NCBI RefSeq assembly: GCF_009914755.1 | Contig: NC_060947.1 | DNA from: the human T2T-CHM13v2.0 reference genome, Homo sapiens | DNA: 64,000 bases | Strand: one strand, 5' to 3' | Part shown: positions 1 through 17,756 of the stretch, in pieces | How positions within the stretch are numbered: the first letter of the stretch is position 1 | Layout: each line of letters starts with the position of its first letter | The notes under the pieces: generated by a model | The model's input: the letters and a program-made list of their open reading frames with translations, nothing else | The model's database searches: none | What the model was told of the DNA's origin: nothing | Program-made: the position numbers and the translations under genes

Positions 1-3912
<3,912 letters not shown>

Positions 3913-5341
3913 ATATACTACAAGGCTACAGTAAGCAAAACAGCATGGTACTGGTACCAAAACAGAGATATAGACCAATGGAACAGAACAGAGCCCTCAG
4001 AAATAATACCACACGTCTACAAACATCTGATCCTTGAAAAACCTGACAAAAACAAGAAATGGGGAAATGATTCCCTATTTAATAAATGGTTCTGGGAAAA
4101 CTGGCTAGCCACAGGTAGAAAGCTGAAACTGGATCCCTTCCTTACACCTTATACAAAAATTAATTCAAGATGGATTAAAGACTTAAATGTCAGACCTAAA
4201 AACCATAAAAACCCTAGAAGAAAACCTAGGCATTACCATTCAGGACATAGGCATGGGCAAGGACTTCATGTCTAAAACACCAAAAGCAATGGCAACACAA
4301 GCCAAAATTGACAAATGGGATCTAATTAAACTAAAGAGCTTCTGCACAGCAAAAGAAACTACCATCAGAGTGAATAGGCAACCAACAGAATGGGAGAAAA
4401 TGTTTGCAATCTACCCATTTGAAAAAGGGTTAATATGAAGAATCTACAAAGAACTTAAACAAATTTACAAGAATAAAACAAACAACCCCATCAAAAAGTG
4501 GGCGAAGGATATGAACAGACTCTTCTCAAAAGAAGACATTTATGCAGCCAACAGACACATGAAAAAATGCTCATCATCACTGGTCCTCAGAGAAATGCAA
4601 ATCAAAACTACAATGAGATACCAGCTTACACCAGTTAGAATGGTGATCATTAAAAAGTCAGGAAACAACAGGTGCTGGAGAGGATGTGGAGAAATAGGAA
4701 CACTTTTACACTGTTGGTGGAACTGTAAACTGGTTCAACCATTGTGGGAATCAGTGTGGCGATTCCTCAAGGATCTAGAACTAGAAACACCATTTGACCC
4801 AGCCATCCCATTACTGGGTATATATCCAAAGGATTATAAATCATGCTATCATAAAGACACATGCACACATATGTTTACTGCAGCACTATTCACAATAGCA
4901 AAGACTTGGAACCAAGCCAAATGTCCAACAATGATAGACTGGATTAAGAAAATGTGGCACATATACACCAAGGAATACTATGCAGCCATAAAAACGGATG
5001 AGTTCATGTCATTTGTAGGGACATGGATGAAGCTGGAAACCATCATTCTGAGCAAACTATCTCAAGGACAGAAAACCAAACACCGCCATGTTTTCACTCA
5101 TAGGTGGGAATTGAACAATGAGAACACTTGGACACAGGGTGGGGAACATCACACACCGGGGCCTGTGATGGGGTTGCGGGACGGGGAGGGATAGCATTAG
5201 GAGAAATACCTAGTGTAAATGATGAGTTAATGGGTGCAGCACACCAACATGGCACATGTATACATACGTAACAAACCTGCACGTTGTGCACACGTACCCA
5301 AGAACTTAAAGTATAATAAAAAACAAAAAAGAAAAAAAAAA
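3913..5341 (+). mobile_element. L1PA5-like sense 3' segment (ORF2 C-terminus, 3'UTR, poly-A); partner of the inverted segment
   Basis: [16 protein letters not shown] cysteine-rich ORF2p motif (4511-5194); canonical 3'UTR ending ...gaacttaaagtataataaaaaac... A tail. Confidence 0.95.
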
Positions 5342-5940
5342 GTGCAGCCATCAGAAATAGAATCCCCATTTGACTTTCTTGGTACATAGTAAGGACCTCA
5401 AGAAACACTTGCTGATGGATTAGGAGACTGTCCCAAATCACCCACTGGTAGGAAAATTAAACTCTTTCAGGTTCCTAGAGTCTTTTCTCATGAGTCAGAA
5501 AAACCCTTATCTAACTTCTTGAGCATCTGTTAGAACGCCACTCCTGGCAAGACCCTCTGACCATTCCCACAGGTGGACAGCTCTCAGCATTCTGCAGTTG
5601 CAGCAGTTTGAGGAACATATCACCTGGGAAAAAGTTCATGAGTGTCCCTTCACACCTGCTCTAGAGGTTACTGTTTGCTTTGCATTGACTAGCCAATGTC
5701 CACAGAAGTGAAACCTGAAGGGATGTGGCCTATGTGACTCCCCTGGCTTGGCTTAGGACTTGCCTCTGACTTTCTCTTTGACCCCACCTTGCCACAGCAA
5801 CACATGCCCCACATAAACCTTCTTGGTACTTGCCACCTACTAACTTGGGCTGTCAGACTTATTTGCTATGCAGTTATCTGACCTCCCCTATTATATTGCA
5901 TATGCCATGAGAGCAAGGAGAACATAAACCAAACACAATC

Positions 5941-6032
5941 TTTTTCGGTTTTAGACAGTCTCACTATGTTGCCCAGGCTAGTCTTGAATTCCTGGGCTCA
6001 AGAAGTACTTCCGCCTCAGCCTACTGAGTAGC
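5941..6032 (-). mobile_element. FLAM/Alu left-monomer fragment
   Basis: agacagtctcactatgttgcccaggctagtcttgaattcctgggctcaag is an antisense Alu monomer. Confidence 0.75.
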
Positions 6033-6184
6033 AAAATATAATCTTCATGGTTAGTGTTTTGCTTACTGAAAGTCCTATTTAATTTGTCTTCTTTGTCCTA
6101 TTTCTAAGCATCCTATTTGAATGTTTAAAAAAGCAGTGTAGTTAACTGGAAAATTATTTCTATTCTACTATCTAATAGCTTTTA

Positions 6185-6320
6185 GTGTGGTCCCAATCAG
6201 CTAGCTATGCCTCAGTTTCATCATCTGAAAAATGGGGACAGTAATACTGCACTCATATGTACACTTAACAAATACTTGTTGAGCAGCTACACTCAGCCAG
6301 GCAGTGGGCTAGGAGACTGA
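6185..6320. mobile_element. MIR fragment followed by L2 fragment
   Basis: MIR core gcctcagtttcatcatctgaaaaatgggga; L2 end acaaatacttgttgagcagctac. Confidence 0.55.
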
Positions 6321-6865
6321 CTTGAACTGTTTAAATAATAGGCAACTGTAAATTTTTCTTCCATTAAGTCTTCAGTGTATAAAGAGACTTAAACATTAAG
6401 CAAACAATGTAGGAGTTGATAAGAAAGTCCCAAGGATACTACAGAGACATACAGCAGCAGAAAAATCAGTTTAGGCAAGTCTGTAGAGAAAGAAGGATTC
6501 ACTGAGAGAAGAGGCCTACAACAGAAACAGGTTGAGGGAGAGTTTTCCAAGCAGAGGGAAAGCCAATGCAAATAAAGGATCTGTGGCCTGAGGCAACTTA
6601 ATTCTAAATCAGAAATCAGCAAACAATGGCTTATGGTACAAATCTGACCCCCCACTATTTTTCTATGTCCTGCAAGCTAAAAATAGTGGCTAGGTCTTCC
6701 AGGGATCACAGAAATTTTGGTAGAGTAAAAGTCTATTTGAAATCTAGGATTTTTAAAATATCCAGAGGGGGTGATCAGGTGTCTTAGAGATAAGGGGCAC
6801 AGTGGATATTTATCCTTTCTTCTTCCATAGGACATTTCAGACATCAAACAGTATGTAATTCCAGC

Positions 6866-7287
6866 TGTCTTAGTCGACTTGTGCTGCTATAAAGGAATAC
6901 CCAAAGCTGGGTAATTTGTAAAGAAAATAGGTTTATTTGGCTCACAGTTCTGCAGCTGTACAAGAAGCGTAGTGCCAGCATCTGATTCTGGCAAGGACTG
7001 CAGGAAGTTTCCACTCATGGTGGAAGGTGAAGGGAAGCTGGTGTATCACATGGTAAGAGAGGGAGCCAGAGAGACGGGAGGGGTGCCAGGCTCCTTTCAA
7101 CAACCAGCTCTTGCAGGTAGCTAATAGAGTGAGAACTCACTAATTTATGGGGCTGGGGGGTACCACAAAGCCATTCATGAGAGATCCACTCCCATGGCCC
7201 AAACATGTCCCACCAGGCCCCGCCTCCAACACTGAGGATCACATTTCAACATGAGATTTGGAGGGAACAAACATCCAAACTACATCA
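6866..7287 (-). mobile_element. MaLR solo LTR (MSTB-like)
   Basis: TG...CA ends (tgtcttagtc...aaactacatca), typical MST body, 5-bp TSD ccagc/ccacc (1 mismatch). Confidence 0.85.
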
Positions 7288-7659
7288 CCACCTATTCCAG
7301 GAGACAAGTACAATAGGTAGCTTGGAATGGGCATAAACTTCCCGAGAAGAGGCCAGCCAGCTGTTCCATACACACCTGACCCTTAACCTGATGAATTCCC
7401 AGGGCAGGTTAAGATCCTTGCCCTGCTGATGAAAGAATGATGAAAGAACAAAAGGAGGACATGCTGTTTCCTTGGCCTAAATGGCCTCCCCAGGATATGC
7501 CTCTCACCTCCACTTCCTTTACCCCTTCAGTTCGTTTAGATGTCAACTCCCTTACTCATCTCTCAGGCTGTGTTAGGGGCCCCTGCTCTGGGCTCCTACA
7601 CTTTCTATCATGTGGTATTGCCATCTATTCACCTACAACCTTGCCTCCTTTAGAGCACT

Positions 7660-7770
7660 GACTGAATCCATCTTGTGCACCACTGTATCCCCAATGCTTA
7701 GCACAGTGCTTGACACAAAGGATGGACTTGAAAAATGTTTGCTAAATTAATGAAGGAATAAGTGAATGGA
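7660..7770 (+). mobile_element. L2 3' end
   Basis: cactgtatccccaatgcttagcacagtgcttgacac...aatgtttgctaaattaatgaa tail. Confidence 0.65.
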
Positions 7771-7952
7771 TATCAGGGTATCTGGTACACTGACAAGGTA
7801 ATGAACATCCAGGTGCCCTTCTGTATTCTCATTTAAGTCCAATGTTATTGAGCAAGTGGTTTCTTGCATTCTTTCACCAAGCATCATTCAAATGGGCCTG
7901 TCATTAAAAATTTCACTATGAGCAGGGAGGTTCCAGAATGATTCAAGAGACT

Positions 7953-8129
7953 CAGGACTGGCTACACAATTTGTGGGGCCCAGTACAAAATAAAAAAATG
8001 AAATGTCCCTTGTTCCAAAATTATGAATGTCAAGATGGATACAACAGAGCATTGAACCAATCACAGGATCCTTCCATGTGTGGTGGCCTGTGCGACTACA
8101 CAGGCCAAACACCCATGATGCTGGCCCTG
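7953..8129 (-). mobile_element. MER45A-like hAT-Tip100 MITE
   Basis: Terminal inverted repeats caggactggct...gctggccctg, ~177 bp, body matches my recollection of antisense MER45A. Confidence 0.8.
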
Positions 8130-8309
8130 AATAAAATCCAGAAGTCCCTTTGATATCTATAGCCCATGAAAGGGAGTGGTAAAGAAAATGTTTTTATTTT
8201 TGATGTTTTGATGAATGAAAGCTTTGGTTTTTATTTTTGTTTTACATTTTGATATATCAAATCTATCAGTCATTTTCTTTGTGATTTCTGCTTTGGCTTT
8301 AAATGCCCC

Positions 8310-8443
8310 TGTGATCGTTAATACTGAGTGTCAACTTCATTGGATTAAAGGATGCAAAGTATTGTTCCTGGGTGTGTCCATGAGGGTGTTGCTAAAGGAG
8401 ATTAACATTTGAGTGAGTGGACTGGGAGAAGCAGACCCACTCA
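8310..8443 (+). mobile_element. MLT2A (ERV-L) LTR 5' part only
   Basis: tgtgatcgttaatactgagtgtcaacttcattggattaaaggatgcaaagtattgttcctgggtgtgtc is the MLT2A1-type LTR start. Confidence 0.85.
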
Positions 8444-9444
8444 TGGAGAATCTCTTCTAGGGCAGTGCAGAAGGGAAATGTGGGGTCGGAGCCTCCCCCC
8501 ACCCCCACAGAGTTCCCACTGGGGTATTGCCTAGGGGAGCTGTGAGAAGAGGGCTACTGTCCTTCAGACCCCAGAATGGTAGATCCACAGACAGCTTGTA
8601 CTGTGCACGTGGAAAAGCCACAGACACTCAATGCCAGCTGTGAAAGCAGCCAGGGCAGGGGGCTGTACCCTGCAAAGCCACAGGGACAGAGCTGCCCAAG
8701 GATGTAGGAGCCCACCTCTTGTATCAGCATAACCTGGATGTGAGATGAGAGACTAAGGAGATCATTTCAGAGCTTTAAGATTTGACTGCCCCACTGGATT
8801 TCGAACTTGTGTGGAGCCTGTAGGCCCTTTGTTTTGGCCAATTTCTCCCATTTGGAAGGGGTGTATTTACCCAATGCCTGTATGCCCATTGTAACTGGAA
8901 GTAAGTAACTTGCTTTTGATTTTACAGGCTCATAGGCAGAAAGGACTTGCCTTGTCTCAGATAAGACTTTGGACTTGGAGTTTTGGTTAATGCTAGAATG
9001 GATTACGACTCTGGGGGACTGTTGGAAGGGCATGATTGTGTTTTGAAATGTGAGGACATGAGATCTGGGAGTGGCCAGGGGTGAAATGATATGGTTTGGC
9101 TCTGTGCTCCCACTCAAATCTCACCTTGAATTGTAATAATCTTCTTCTGTCAAGGGAGGGACAAAGTGGAGATAACTGAATCATGGGGGGTGGTTTCCCC
9201 CATACTACTCTTGTGATAGCCAAGTTCTCATGAGATCTGACATTTTTATAAGGGGCTTCCCCCTTTGCTCAGCAGTCATCATTCTCTCTCCTGTTGCCCT
9301 GTGAAGAGGTGCCTTCCACCATGATTTTAAGTTTCCTGAGGTCTCCCCAGGCACGTGGAACTGTGAGTCAATTAAACCTCTTTTCTTTATAAATTATCCA
9401 GTCTTGGGTATGTCCTTATAGCAGCCTGAGAACAGACTAATACA
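8444..9444 (+). mobile_element. THE1 (MaLR) internal 3' part plus complete 3' LTR (THE1C-like, 9087-9444)
   Basis: THE1-int sequence (ggagaatctcttctagggcagtgcagaagggaaatgtgggg...), purine tract before tgatatggtttggct, LTR end gaacagactaataca. Confidence 0.88.
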
Positions 9445-10849
9445 ACCCCCCAAAATTGCTCCCTGCCCCCCAAAATTGTTAAATATTCCACATTATTCTG
9501 ATATTTACTATTTCATTTTCTTTTATATTTAACTCTTTAATACAGCAGGAATTCACTTTGTCTATGTTGTAGGATAAGAATTTAATTAGATTTTGTCCCT
9601 TAATGGGCAGAAAATTAACGAATACCATTTGTTGAAGACTCCATCCCTTACCCTTTGCGGTTCTTCCTGATTTTCTTGGCTTACAAAAAATCATTGCACA
9701 CTAAGCTCAATGCACACAATTTAAAAGTAAATTTCTCATCTTCTAAAAAGGAGAGCCATTAAGAAAAAACAACGTTTTGTGACACAGAAGTCACAGGTGG
9801 CAGGTCTTCCAATGTTACAGAAACCTTAGGGAAGTAAAGTAAAACTGGACAAGGAGGCTACGGCAAAGAAAGGCAGTGGATAAAGGGAAAGAGGCCTAAA
9901 GAAGATGGAAAGTCCTGTGGGGAGGGTGGATTAAGACACCAGGGAAATCAACATCCATGACATCTGGGTGGAGAGACTCAAGCCACAATTTTGAATACAA
10001 GCCATTTGATCCAACTGCATAATGCCTTCAGAATCTATCCCTTGGTAAAGGTCAAGACAAAATACAGTAAACAGAATATAAGGCTATGATGGGATTTATT
10101 TATAGCCACAGGAGAATACAAGGCTGTACCTTGTGGAGGAGATGAAATGGAAACTAAGGCAGTCTATAACTGATCATCACTCAATTAGTATGTTTGTAAA
10201 GTTTCCTGCAAGCAGGAAACTAAAATGAGAAGAGGCAAACTGGAAACAGTACAGTGAGCAGTCATTCTGGTTCCTTCCTTTTCCAGACGACAAAACTAAA
10301 GCTCCCCACAGTGAAAATGCTTCCCCTAATTCGGCCAGCTACTAGGTTGCAGAACCCAAACTCGACTTCATATCTCCTAACTCTGCTCTTTCTATTTCAC
10401 CTTGATGCCCCTCAGGAACATGATTAAAATAACATAAAAATATACCTCTTGCAAGTTCTGACAATTATTACATAGCAAGAAGATATGAAGGCAAAGATTA
10501 ATTCACCTGTGTGTGATGGAGATTTCATTTAATTTGTTAGTTTAATATTAACTTGTAGGATAATGATTAATAAACCAAACCGCAAAGGGAAATATTCATT
10601 TCTCCCATACTTTTAAGGAAATATAAGTTGCAAAATTTAGTGGCACTTTCTTGACTATGCAATCCTACTGGGTCATAATACAAAACTAGTTATACCTTTT
10701 CCAAACCAAGGAGAAATGAAACTAAATTGACTTTTCTCCCTCCCTCACTTTCTCCCTTCTTCTCCCCATCCCTCTCTCCTTTTTATTTCCTTTTTTCTGT
10801 CTTCCTCCTTTCTTCTTCCCTGCCTTCCAGGCTTTCATGGACTCAAACA

Positions 10850-11830
10850 TCTTTTCTGTTTCCTGACTAAGTGCTACAACAGTGCCAAGTACTGTGAAGA
10901 CAGAGTAGAAAAGATATAGTCCTGTTAAATAGAGAATGCCACGAGGGAGGGTTCTGACATGCAAATAATGAGAAACAACAGCAAAGCAGAAGCTATAGTG
11001 AAACTCTGAAAAGATACAGAGAAAAGATGAAAGCAGGCTGAAATCTCTCTTAGATGTCATACTTGCAAGCTGATTTTCTGAAAGAGGACTAGGCAATTTT
11101 TAGAGAAATGGGGAGTGAGAAAATTACTTCAGGCAGAGGAAATGGCATATGTAAAGACAAAAAAGTTGTAGAAATAATGTATCCATTTAGTTTGTTTCTC
11201 TCACAGAATGTAAAGTCTATGAAGAAAGGGCCTTTTGTCTGTATTGCTCACAGCAATATACCCAGTATCTAAACAAGTACCTGGCACATAAATATCCACT
11301 GAATGAATAAATGCCTTATTCTGGAGCTATACATATTTTGGATTACTAGAAAATAAATACAGTTGATGAGAGTTGAAACTGGAGGGAGAGGGGCAAATTA
11401 GGCTGACCTTTGTATGTCATGCACAGGAGTTTGGGCTTTATTCTGCACAGACAATGGAGAGTGACTGAAAAACTCGAAAAACAGAAAAGTGACACAGTCA
11501 ACTGTGTGTCAGAAGACTTATTCTGTAGTATAGGTAGTAGGAAAGATGGAGGAGAGGGATTGATTGGAGGTAAGGAATTCTGTTAAGTTATTGCTGTAAC
11601 CTTGAGATAACTGGAGCATGAACTGAGGTAGTGGCAGTGGGGATGGGGATACATTTATGGAGCAAACTCAAGGGAACTTTGGGATAGGACATATCTAGAG
11701 AGATGGGTGACAGAGAATGAAACATCTAGGCTGGTTTCTAGGTTTTGGATTTATCTGGTGGTATCACTTACAAAAATTTGGAATACACAGGGCAAAGCAG
11801 TTTGTGGAGAAGAATCGAATAGGACATAAA
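10850..11830 (-). mobile_element. Degraded L2 with a plus-strand L2 3' end nested at ~11190-11312
   Basis: Antisense L2 motifs (ggagtttgggctttattctgc, aactgaggtagtggcagtggggatgg); nested sense tail gtacctggcacataaatatccactgaatgaataaatg. Confidence 0.6.
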
Positions 11831-13459
11831 ATTGCAATATAGCTTGTATAATGTCTGAAAAATAAAATAAGGTTGTGGGGTGTCACATTTATGAAATTTC
11901 TCATAAGATAGTATGGTGCATTTTTCTTACTAGTGTTATAGTTTTATAAGAACACTGGCTCTGAATCCAAAACGGAATGTATTAGGAATGTGTTTTAATT
12001 AGCACACCACTACAGCAAATTAGAGAGTTGAGAGCTTGTCATTGCCTCCCGTGTATAACAGGCAGCAAGAAACTAAATTTAAAAGTCTAACACCAATGGA
12101 AATCCATAAAGCCACCTGACTCAATGACTATATCCATACAGCCATTGTCGTTTGTTGGCAGGCAAGTAGCTCAAAGCAAATCAATCAAATCTGTTTTTGA
12201 TTGGCTGACTCACCTACCATAATAGCTGTGCATGAAAATGGCAACAATCTTAGACTAAAATAAGTGAAGCTATAGAGAATTGAGTGTGCGTGTCTGTGTG
12301 TGTGCATGTACACACCCCGGATGCTATGCTGCATGTACATGCCATCTACAGCTAACGTTATAATGCCAAAATGAAGAAAAGGAAAGGAAATTCACACTTT
12401 GTGAACACAGTAAATATGTTTTGGGCACTTTACATCCACCACGCCTATTTATTCCTCATGGTAGGCTTACTGATCAGAGGGCAGATATAATCTATTAAAT
12501 TTTTAGTTTCAGGAGTGCATGAATGATGTCTGTTTTATTCGCCATTGCAGCTACAGTGCCTAACACAATGTCTGGCACATGGTTGGCACTCAATAAGTAT
12601 TTTTAAAAATAATTAAGCGGAGGAAGAGGAGGGCGGGCATCAAGACCTATTTTACAGTGAGTCACGCAGCTACTAAGGGACATAGCTGGGACTGATATGC
12701 ACTTTGTTCTCAGACTCTATGCTATGTCTGCACTGCCATATTGTTCTCCACAATGACATAGGAGGGGGAGAAAGAAGAAAAACAATATGTCACTCTGTTT
12801 GGAGATTGGTAGGCTACAGAAACAGTATCAATTCAGACGCTCCTAAAAACAGCCTTGCTGAAAAGCTTTTGACCCAGAGCGCGTCAGGATGCTTCTAGTC
12901 CAATTGTTTCCAATTATACCTAATTCACCTACAGGAGAAATTTATCTTCTCACAAAGCACCAGGGGGACCCACGATATTTGCTAGTGACTAACAAAAAAT
13001 GCATTTAGGAGTTAATACATCACTTCCAAACTGGTCTTCGTCTGCTTGAGTTTCCAACAAGCCTTGCAGATTCTCCTAAATTCCCACTTATTCTCTATAC
13101 TTTTTTCAGCCACCAAATCCTATTTTCGAATATGACAAGAAATAAAATGATTTTAGGCACTAGAGTTGAGAATTTATAGATAAATGTTACATTTCGATGC
13201 TTAATTCAAATAACCACACAACGGTAGCACTTAGTCTTTTAATCTTTCAGCAAACTCATTGGCAACTTGAGTTAAGAGTAAAATTCAAAAACCTGGTCTC
13301 CGCAGTTAACAAAGATTAAGTGGGTTCATGATGAACTGTATTTCCTAAACTTCAGAAGTTGAGTGTTTCTAAGTTATGAAAAAGAATATATGCAAATCTG
13401 GGGAGCACTGACCAAAGTGGCCCACAACACCAAGGGTTCCCTGGTGAGAAATAGGACAG

Positions 13460-13682
13460 GGTATTGCCAAGGGCCTAGAGTCAAAAATAGATTGAATTCC
13501 TGGCTCCTCTACCTATTAGCTGTATGGCTTTTGGCAAGTTAACTATCCTTTCTAGATCTCAGTTTCCTCTGTTAAATGGGAACAGTATCTACCTCAAAGG
13601 AATATTGTTAGAATTAAATATAATGTTACATGTAAAGCAGTTAACTCAGTATCATGTACATAGTAAGTGCTAATAATTGCTA
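13460..13682 (+). mobile_element. MIR (MIRb-like)
   Basis: ggcaagttaactatcctttctagatctcagtttcctctgttaaatgggaac...catagtaagtgctaataa. Confidence 0.75.
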
Positions 13683-14378
13683 GGGGTTTTTGTTTTTCAG
13701 TTTTATTTTGTTTTTAACGGACAAATAATAATTGCACATATTTATGTAAAACTGTCTACAGATTCTCCAATTTAAAAATTTGGTTGTCTTTTTTAATTGA
13801 GTTGTAATAGTTTTTCATAAGTCCCTTGTCAGACATATGGTATACAAATATACTTTTTTCATTGTGTGGGATTTCTTTTTACTTTTGTTTTATTTTTAAG
13901 GTATATTTTCTTTTTAATTGTCATATAATAATTGTACATGTGTATTGGGTACAGTGTGATGCTTTGATACATACATATATATTGTGTAAAAGTCAAATCA
14001 GGGTCAATAGTATGTTCATCACCTCAAACAGGTGATTTCTTTGTGGTATGAACTCAAAATCCGCTATTTTGAAGTATACAATACATTATTGTTCACTGAG
14101 CACTCTGCTGTGCAATAGAACACAAACATTTTATTACTTCTAACTGTAACTTCATACCCATCGATCAACCTCTCCCCAGTAGTGGTTACCCAAGTCTTGG
14201 TAACCACTGTTGTACTCTCTACTTCTATGAGATCAATTTTTTTAGATTCCACATGTAAGTGAGATCACATCATATTTGCCCTTCTGCGCTTGGCTTATTT
14301 CACTTAACATAATGTCCTCTAGGTTCATCCATGTCATAAATGACAGAATTTTATCTTTTTATGGCTCACTAGTATTCT

Positions 14379-14380
<2 letters not shown>

Positions 14381-14417
<37 letters not shown>
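14381..14417. repeat. (TG)n microsatellite
   Basis: About 18 uninterrupted TG units. Confidence 0.95.
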
Positions 14418-14419
<2 letters not shown>

Positions 14420-14655
14420 CACATTTTTCTCTATTCATCCATTGATGGACATTTAAGTGGATTCCATATCTTGTCTATTGTGAATAGTGCTGCAATGAAC
14501 ATGGGAGTGCAGATATCTCTTCAACGTGCTTATTTCAATTCCTATGGATATATACCTAGTCATGGGATTGTTGGATCATATGGTAGTTCTATTTTTTTTT
14601 TTTTTGAGAAGTTTCCATACTGTTGACTTATACTAATTTACATTACGACCAATAG

Positions 14656-15024
<369 letters not shown>

Positions 15025-16255
15025 TAATAGCCATTTTAATGGGCGTGAGATGATATTTCATTGTAGTTTTGATTTGCATTTACGTGATGATTAGTGATAT
15101 CGAGCATTTTTTTAAATGCCTGCTAGCCACTTGTATGTCTTCTTTTGAGAAAGTCTATTTAGATCTTTTGTCCACTTTTTAAATCAAGTTTTATTTTTGC
15201 TATTGAGTTGAGTTTCTTATAGATCCTGAATAATTTACTTCATTATTTTTTTTTCTAGGTAGAAGCCTTGTCAGTTTTGTTTAGTTTTTCAAAAAGCTCT
15301 TAATTTTGTTGAGCTTTATAATTTATTTAGGACCTATTTGTTAGTTTTGCTTTGATATTTAGTATTTCTTTTCTTCTACTCATTTTGGGTTTAGTTTGCT
15401 TTTGTTTCTCTAGCTCCTTGAGGTGTAATGTTAGGCTGTTTACTTCAAATATTTCTACTTTTTAATGCAAGCATTTATTGCTATAAAATTCTCTCTTGGA
15501 GCTGCCTTTGCTGTATTCCATAGGCTTTTGTATGTTGTGTTTCCATTTTCATTTGTCTCAAGAAATATTTAAATTTCTTCATTGACTCATTGGTTGTTCA
15601 GGAATATGTTGTTTAATTTCTATGTATTTGTACAATTTCCAGAGCTTCTCCTGTTATTGATTTCTAATTTCATTCCATTGTGGTCAGAAAATATAGTTAA
15701 TATGATTTTGGTTTTTTAAAATATTTTTAAAACTTGCTTGGCAGCCTAATATATGACCTATCCTGGAGAATGTTCCCTGTGCTGTTAAGAATGTATATTC
15801 TGGTGCTGTTAAATAGAATGTTCTGTAAATGTCTGTTAGGTCCATTTAATCTGGAATGTGGTTTAACTCTAATGTTTGTTTGTTGATTTTCTGTCTAGAT
15901 GATCTATCCATCGCTGAAAGTGAGGTGTTTAAGTCCCTTACTATTATATTGCAGTCTATCTTCCCTTTTAGGTCTATTAATTTTTGCTTGATACAGTTTG
16001 ATGCTCTGATGTTGGGTGCATGTATATTTGCAATTATTATATCTTCTTTCTGTATTCCCCTTTATCATTATATAATTGCCTTCCTGGTCTCTTTTCACAG
16101 TTTTTGACTTAAAGTTTATCTTGTATCATATGAGTTTAGCTACTCATGTTCTATTTTGTTTTCTATTCGCAAAAAATATCTTTTCTCCTTCCTTTACTTT
16201 CAGTCTACGCATGTTCTTACAGGCGAACTTGAGTCTCTTGTAGGCAGTATATAGT

Positions 16256-16535
16256 TGGGAGGCAATTAGGATTAGATAAGGTCATCAGGGTGGAGCCCCC
16301 ATGATATGACTGGTAGCTTTATAAGAAGAAGAGAGATCTGAGTTGAAGCACTCTTGACCTCTCAACATGTAATGTCCTCTGCCATGTTGTGATACACCAA
16401 AAAGGCCCTTACCAAATGACATAACCATGCCCTTGGACTTCCCAGCACAGAAAACTCTAATAAATATATTGCTATTGTTTATAAATTACCCAGTCTGCAG
16501 CATTCTGTTATAGCAGCAGAAAACAAAATAAGACA
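16256..16535 (+). mobile_element. 5'-truncated MaLR LTR (MST/MLT1A-like)
   Basis: ttggacttcccagc...tataaattacccagtctg...tgttatagcagcagaaaacaaaataagaca 3' end. Confidence 0.75.
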
Positions 16536-17479
16536 AGGGTTCAGAGGCCAGGAGTCAGGTGAATGCAGAATTGGATAATAAGGGACAGAGCAAATTTGGG
16601 GAAAATAAAGGAAACTAAGGAAACTATAATGTTAACAGAACTGGGTTACCTGTGACTCTTCACTATTGGGTGCTTGGTACATGAGGAGTTGATTAAAAGG
16701 ATATAAGCAGGAAATATAGTGGAGCTCTCTGGCTGGTGTGATTTTATTCATTTTATAATACAGCCTGCAAGGATCCCCTGACCCTGGAAACAAGGGCTCA
16801 GGCAAGACTGCCACCCTGCAGAAGACTCATCTCTACAGTTCAGCCAAGTAGCTACTATGTGACCTGATTGTTACCTTTCAACAGCCTTTTCACTGAATCA
16901 TTATCTCCTCTTTCTGGTTCTAAGTCTTCTATTCTTGAATATTTAAAGAAAGTTAGGAGAATTCAACTCCATAGGAAAAGTAAGGAAAGAGAAAAAGTCT
17001 AACAGCATATCAAATGGGCACAATACGTGTTTTGTAATCTAACAACTAGGATTTCAGTTACATATATTACATCCGTAGATACTTACATTCATCACAGCTC
17101 AGTAAAGGAGACTGTGAGAATTAGCATATTCTATGGATTGGCATCAGCATGGTGCTAAGCAATGGAGAAGACACAGAGATGAATCATATGCGGTACCTGT
17201 TTTCATGAAACTCATATCTAGTGCAATCAAGTGCTGTAATTACAGGCACCCTAATTTTTAAACCCTAAATCAGAACACATAGTGAGACTGAGGATTTCAA
17301 TTTCTTTTGTGGTGCCAGAGGCAGTCTGGAGAGTAAAGTTTGGAGGCTGAAATACTGAAGTTTCTGGGACACTTTGATGGTTGTGCTCAGGGACTGACTG
17401 ACAAACTTCATCCTTCTGTGCCATTCAAGCAAATTGCTTCAAGCAGCCTTGGCTGATTTTTCAATGGAAAAACAATAAT

Positions 17480-17730
17480 GAAAGCAATAATACTCCCCAT
17501 GTGCATGGCACTTCACTGTATATAGAAAGCTTTCACATGCATTATCTCCTTTGAGTTTCACAGCAAGCCTGTGACATGTGCAGGAAAGGCATTATTATCT
17601 CCATTTTCCAGTTGATGGCACAGGCTCAGAAAGTGAGGTTGACTATCTTGTCCAAGATCATGTACATAGAAAATGGCAGAACTGGAATCCAAACTCAGGA
17701 TTTCTGATTCCCAGCTCTTCTACTACACCA
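17480..17730 (-). mobile_element. MIR
   Basis: attattatctccattttccagttgatggcacaggctcagaaag...ccaagatcatg antisense MIR core. Confidence 0.7.
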
Positions 17731-17756
17731 GAGTGTTAGAGAACCAGAGAACTGTA

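Noticed and set aside
4511-5194. 227-aa ORF
   Set aside because: C-terminal fragment of L1 ORF2p reading into the 3'UTR; ordinary for a moderately young L1.
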